Source: Rhynchopus sp. YZ270_cl-10 (Eukaryota). From it: 64,000 nt of DNA. Position numbers and translations under genes: made by a program. The number at the start of each line of letters is the position of its first letter. The stretch's first letter is position 1. The notes under the pieces were generated by a model that saw only the letters and a program-made list of their open reading frames with translations, was not told the DNA's origin and ran no database searches. Shown here piece after piece: positions 58,257-64,000 of the stretch. The DNA is taken from contig OZ037835.1 in the NCBI GenBank assembly GCA_964035575.1, positions 434,001 to 498,000 on the forward strand, in the 5' to 3' direction.

Positions 58257-60573
58257 TCAAAGAAGGCCACCACCAGCGCAGCTAACACACGAAGCTATAC
58301 AGGAGTGTGCTGCCTCAAGTTCCAAAAGCAGTGCATCAAGCAGCACCCGGGAAGCTTCTGCGTGCTGTTCCTCCATCGCATAGTGCAACGCAGTGTAGTT
58401 CTTTTCAGTGTCTCGGTGGTTCAGTTCCACCTCTGGCAAGCCCACAAGATAGCGAACAGTCTCGGTGCGTCCACAACACGCCGCAAGGATAAGACACGTC
58501 TGCCCGTCCTCATTTGTGGCACGCACTCCTGCACCTGCTCTGACCAACATCTTCACAATGTCGAGTGATCCTGATTCGCAAGCATAGTGCAGAGGCGAAC
58601 GTCCGTAGTCGTTCTGTATGTTGGAGTCTGCCCCTGCATCAATCAGCACCTGCACCGTGTCTGTATCCTCCTCATACACAGCATGTGCGGTTGTAAGTGT
58701 CTCGGTGGTTCACATCCACCTCTGGCAAGCACACAAGATAGCGAACAGTCTCGGTGCGTCCACAATACACCGCACGGATAAGACATGTGTGTCCTTCGTT
58801 ATCTGTGGCACGCACTCCCGCACCTGCTCTGACCAACATCTTCACAACGTCAAGTGCTCCTGAAGCGCAAGCAGTGTTCAAAGGCGAAGACCCCTCGTCG
58901 TTCTGTGTGTCGATGTCTGCACCTGCATCAATCAGCACCTGCACCACGTCTATCTCCTCACCATCCATCGCATACTGCAACGCAGTGTAGTTCTTTTCAG
59001 TGTCTCGGTGATTCAGTTCCACCTCTGGCAAAAAGCCCACAAGATAGCGCACAATCTTGGTCTGTCTAAAACGTACCGCAAGGATAAGACATGTGTGTCC
59101 TTTGTTGTTTGTGGCACGCACTCCCGCACCTGCTCTGACCAACATTTCCACAACGTCAAGTGCTCCTAAAACGCAAGCAGAGTGCAGAGGTGAACGTCCG
59201 TAGTTTCCCCTTGTTTCGATGTCTGCACCTGCATCAATCAGCACCCGCACCACGTCTGTATCCTCATTCTCCACCGCATAGTGCAACGCAGTGAAGTTCT
59301 TTACAGTGTCTCGGTGGTTCAGTTCCACCTCTGGCAAGCCCACAAGATAGCGCACAATCTTGGTCTGTCTAAAACGTACCGCAAGGATAAGACATGTGTG
59401 TCCTTTGTTGTTTGTGGCACGCACTCCCGCACCTGCTCTGACCAGTATTTTCACAACGTCAAGTGCTCCTAAAACGCAAGCAGAGTGCAGAGGTGAACGT
59501 CCGTAGTTTCCCCTTGTTTCGATGTCTGCACCTGCATCAATCAGCACCCGCACCACGTCTGTATCCTCATTCTCCACCGAATAGTGCAACGCAGTGAAGT
59601 TCTTTTCAGTGTCTCGGTGGTTCAGTTCCACCTCTGGCAAGCCCACAAGATAGCGCACAATCTTGGTCTGTCTAAAACGTGCCGCAAGGATAAGACATGT
59701 ATGTCCTTTGTTATCTGTGGCACGCACTCCCGCACCTGCTTCAACCAACATCTTCACAACGTCAAGTGCTCCTGAAGCGCAAGCAGTGTTCAAAGGCGAA
59801 TGCCCCTCGTCGTTCTGTATGTTGATGTCTGCACCTGCATCAATCAGCACCTGCACCACGTCTACCTCCCCCTCATCCACCGCAAACTGCAACGCAGTGT
59901 GGGTATGAGCAGATAGGTGGTTCACATCGACATCGGGCAAGCCCACAAGATAGCGCACAGTCTCGGTGTGTCCAGAATATGCAGCAAGCAAAAGACACGT
60001 GCATCCTTTGTTGTCTGCGGCACGCACTCCCGCACCTGCTCTGACCAACATCTTCGCAACGTCAAGTGCTCCTGAACCGCAAGCATAGTGCAAAGGCGAC
60101 CGTCCGTCCTCGTTTTTTGTATGTAAGTCTGCCCCTGCATCAATCAAGACGCGACACACTGCAGGGTCTTCCCACATGGCCGGACATTCACCCGCTGACT
60201 CACCTGCGCTGTGTTTGAACTCAAACGCCACGTTGTTGCAGACGGACTTCCAATGCTGCAAGAGGACCTCCGTGCACGCAACGTGGTCTGCGTGGACACA
60301 CTCACTCAGCAGCATCCCAAAGCCCATCTGCGTTGTCTCAACATACGGAAGAAGCAGTGTGAGGCATCCATCGTGGTTCCCTCTGCATGCCTCGTGCGCA
60401 GCATCGAAAGCCACTTTTATGTTGTACGGGTTGAACTTCTCAAGGAACGCCCGCACGGCAGTCGTGTCGCCGCCCCTGGCAGCCTCCACGAAGGCCTTGT
60501 CTGGAAAAATCTGTCTCCTCTTTGGTGGGTTCTCGTCCTGCGTGCTGTCTGCGTGTCGCTTTTTTTTCGGCAT
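58257..60573 (-). pseudogene. Ankyrin-repeat gene 1, frameshifted at ~58680
   Basis: Many ANK repeats (GRSPLH, GHTCL, TALH); ORF ends NRTCCV* and ANK coding resumes in another frame (58257-58679); about 11 nt missing relative to sister repeats. Confidence 0.8.
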
Positions 60574-60853
60574 TGTGTGTTTGTGTGTTGGTGTTGTGTC
60601 TTTTGTGTTGGCTTCTTTTTGTGCAGAGGTTGTGGGTGTCGAGAGAGGACGAAGAACACACCCCTGCTCGGGGTCACCCCCTGGATCAACACCGTCTGTG
60701 AACAGAATACATTCGATAATAATGCATTCCGTCAAGCCAAATGAGAAGGAAAGGAAGAAGCTAGAGTTCTTGCACTTTTTCTCCGTTTCATGTATAGCTC
60801 TGTTGAGGGGCTTTTTAGAATAAGTAAAAGAAACAAATTTCGCTTTTATTTTA

Positions 60854-61275
60854 CAGGGGGGTAGCCAAATAAAAGGGGCGCCGCTCTTATTCGGCGTGCC
60901 TAATCGCAAAGTATTGGGTTTTCCGAGCTTTCGGGGTCAACTTGGGGGGTCCTGTACAAAACCTTAAGGGGGGTCCAAAAAAATTTTTCCCACCAATTTT
61001 TGCCCACAAAAAAGTCATTCCTCAGCGCAAAATGACCCCATCACAGCACGCACAGACTCCCGAGAATCGAAAAAAAAATTCTTTTTTTTCGATTTTTTGT
61101 GGGCAAAAATCGGTCGAAAATTTTTTCAGGCCCCCAACCAGTACCTCCCTTAAGACTTTGTATAGGAGGGGGGTGCCCCTCTTATTTTCCAGAGTTCGCC
61201 AGATCCTAGGGTGCCGCTCTTATTACCCCTGCCGCTCTTATTCGGCATGCCGCTCTTATTAAGCCCCCCCCCCTG
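60854..61275. mobile_element. Tc1/mariner-like MITE
   Basis: TA-CAGGGGGG ... CCCCCCTG-TA; ccgctcttatt subterminal repeats. Confidence 0.75.
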
Positions 61276-61992
61276 TAAAACAAAAAGGCACTCCGTATCC
61301 AAAGCACGCCTGTCTGTTAGGGGACAGTGTGGTTGGTGGGGTCATATGTCCATTTATGTCGTTGCTGTTGTTATTTTTTAAAACTTGGTTGTATTAGTAT
61401 AGACACCCGAGGATACTCCACTATCTTTGTGTTGAAAAAAAAACACATTACCCGACTGTGGTGCAGAGACAATTATCTCGTACTCAGATACTGCGGCCAA
61501 AGCGCTCGTTGGTACTGCAAAGACGAATTTTTTGTATTAATTTGCGGTGTTGACAAGCTTCGACCTAGGGACTGTAATCAATGTCGCCCGCAGGCTTTGT
61601 GCTTAGGTAAGGTAGACGTTAAGTAGTCAAGAACGCAGCTTTTTTTTGTTCCTTTTTCATCCTTTTCTTATCAGGGCCAATACTATGTAGTGGTAAACCA
61701 TACGAACGGCTGAATCCTTTTGTCTATCCCCTTCACCCAATCATTTGCTTCCGAAAGAGTGCCATAGATACAGAGTCTTCACACATATAGTTTTGCAGGC
61801 GCTTCCACAGTCGCAGAGATGGCGCTGGGTTGCCGACAGCAAGCCTGCATAGTTGGTGCAAAGGAGGTGGTGGAGAGGTGGAGCACAAAAGGGGAAGGGG
61901 AGACAGTAAGACGCATGGCATCGAAGAAATGATTCATTTCCAGATGGGGTGCGGAAGAACGTTGCAAGAAAGGCTCGTCTGTGTGTTACACT

Positions 61993-63682
61993 TCAAATGG
62001 CACGTCCCATTCCCTCCAGTGCAGCTATACGAGAGTTTACCGCCTCAAACTGCAAGTACAATACATCAAGCAGCACCTGTGCAATTTTTGTGAGATTATT
62101 CTCCACCGCATACTGCAACGCAGTGTAGTTCTTTTCAGTGTCTCGGTGATTCAGTTCCACCTCTGGCAAGCCCACAAGATAGCGCACAATCTTGGTCTGT
62201 CTAAAACGTACCGCAAGGATAAGACATGTGTGTCCTTTGTTGTTTGTGGCACGCACTCCCGCACCTGCTCTGACCAGTATTTTCACAACGTCAAGTGCTC
62301 CTAAAACGCAAGCAGAGTGCAGAGGTGAACGTCCGTAGTTTCCCCTTGTTTCGATGTCTGCACCTGCATCAATCAGCACCCGCACCACGTCTGTATCCTC
62401 ATTCTCCACCGCATAGTGCAACGCAGTGAAGTTCTTTTCAGTGTCTCGGTGATTCAGTTCCACCTCTGGCAAGCCCACAAGATAGCGCACAATCTTGGTC
62501 TGTCTAAAACGTACCGCAAGGATAAGACATGTGTGTCCTTTGTTGTTTGTGGCACGCACTCCCGCACCTGCTCTGACCAGTATTTTCACAACGTCAAGTG
62601 CTCCTAAAACGCAAGCAGAGTGCAGAGGTGAACGTCCGTAGTTTCCCCTTGTTTCGATGTCTGCACCTGCATCAATCAGCACCCGCACCACGTCTGTATC
62701 CTCATTCTCCACCGAATAGTGCAACGCAGTGAAGTTCTTTACAGTGTCTCGGTGGTTCAGTTCCACCTCTGGCAAGCCCACAAGATAGCGCACAATCTTG
62801 GTCTGTCTAAAACGTGCCGCAAGGATAAGACATGTATGTCCTTTGTTATCTGTGGCACGCAAACCCGCACCTGCTTCAACCAACATCTTCACAACGTCAA
62901 GTGCTCCTGAAGCGCAAGCAGTGTTCAAAGGCGAAGACCCCTCGTCGTTCTGTATGTTGATGTCTGCACCTGCATCAATCAGCACCTGCACCACGTCTAC
63001 CTCCCCCTCATCCACCGCAAACTGCAACGCAGTGTGGGTATGAGCAGATAGGTGGTTCACATCGACATCGGGCAAGCCCACAAGATAGCGCACAGTCTCG
63101 GTGTGTCCAGAATATGCAGCAAGCATAAGACACGTGCATCCTTTGTTGTCTGTGGCACGCACTCCCGTACCTGCTTCAACCAACATCTTCACAATGTCAA
63201 GTTCTCCTGAACCGCAAGCATAGTGCAGAGGCGACCGTCCGTCCTCGTTTTTTGTATGTAAGTCTGCCCCTGCATCAATCAAGACGCGACACACTGCAGG
63301 GTCTGACCACTGACTGACCTGAGCTGTGTTTGAACTCAAACGCCACGTTGTTGCAGACGGACTTCCAATGCTGCAAGAGGACCTCCGTGCACGCAACGTG
63401 GTCTGCGTGGACACACTCACTCAGCAGAATCCCAAAGCCCATCTGCGTTGTCTCAACATACGGAAGAAGCAGTGTGAGGCATTCATCGTGGTTCCCTCTG
63501 CATGCCTCGTGCGCAGCATCGAAGGCCACTTTTTTTCTGTCTGGGTTGAACTTCTCAAGGAACGCCCGCACGGCAGTCGTGTCGCCGTTCCTGGCAGCCT
63601 CCACGAAGGCCTCGTCTGCAGAAAGCTGTCTTCTCTTTCGTGGGTTCTCGTCCTGTGTGCTGTCTGCGTGTCGCTTCGGCAT
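61993..63682 (-). pseudogene. Ankyrin-repeat gene 2, frameshifted at ~63310
   Basis: Paralog of gene 1; lacks 20 nt (CGGGTGAATGTCCGGCCATG in gene 1), so the ORF is split between 63275-63682 and 61993-63310. Confidence 0.8.
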
Positions 63683-64000
63683 TGTGTGTTTGTATGTTAT
63701 TGCTGTGTCTTTTGTGTTGGTTTCTTTTTGTGCAGAGGTTGTGGGTGACGAGAGAGGACGAAGAACACACATGCAACGTAGTAAGCATCCTTTTTTCGTG
63801 AACAAGATAAAACAATAAGCTCGCGTTTCTTTTATCGAACAGATTTTATTCTCCGCCCCGTACCCAAAACGTAAACACCACTTTGAATCAGAAAAAATAT
63901 TTTCCTCTCCTTTTTTTTTCCCACGCGCGCTGGTTTTTGTATTTCGCTAATTTTTATCAAAAAGCTTTGAATGTAACAAAAGCAAAGGACGCTTTGTTTT

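Noticed and set aside
60574..60909. N-terminal extension of ankyrin gene 1
   Set aside because: Runs into a MITE and UTR-like sequence; both paralogs share the MPK start

Overview
Eukaryotic, repeat-rich window with no bacterial operon or CRISPR structure. The nine intron-less host genes or pseudogenes I can support all lie on the minus strand, which resembles a euglenozoan (diplonemid-like) directional gene cluster; the taxon is an inference. Host genes: three receptor-type class III cyclase-like proteins with degenerate catalytic residues, plus one captured fragment; a 1682-aa N-myristoylated ANK-ART(R-S-ExE)-NACHT/STAND-pentapeptide-WD40 NLR-like protein; a small stand-alone ART-toxin-like ORF; a 323-aa orphan; a Cys-rich type I surface protein; and two frameshifted ankyrin-repeat paralogs. 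Between them lie a CRE-like RLE non-LTR retrotransposon ORF with an OTU-like protease and Zn finger after the endonuclease, Ingi/I-type LINE remnants, an isolated 28S rRNA D1 fragment, and about 13 non-autonomous DNA transposons with readable TIRs and TSDs (hAT, MULE-like, Tc1/pogo-like, CAC-ended, TA/GGG-ended). Several of these are nested, including a 51-bp satellite of roughly 90 units inside one element. Best candidates for new biology: the ART-effector NLR-like receptor and its ART neighbour, the OTU-tailed RLE retrotransposon, pseudo-cyclase receptors with a hypervariable ectodomain, and recurrent target-site-specific transposon insertions. All domain calls come from motif reading by eye; no database search was run.
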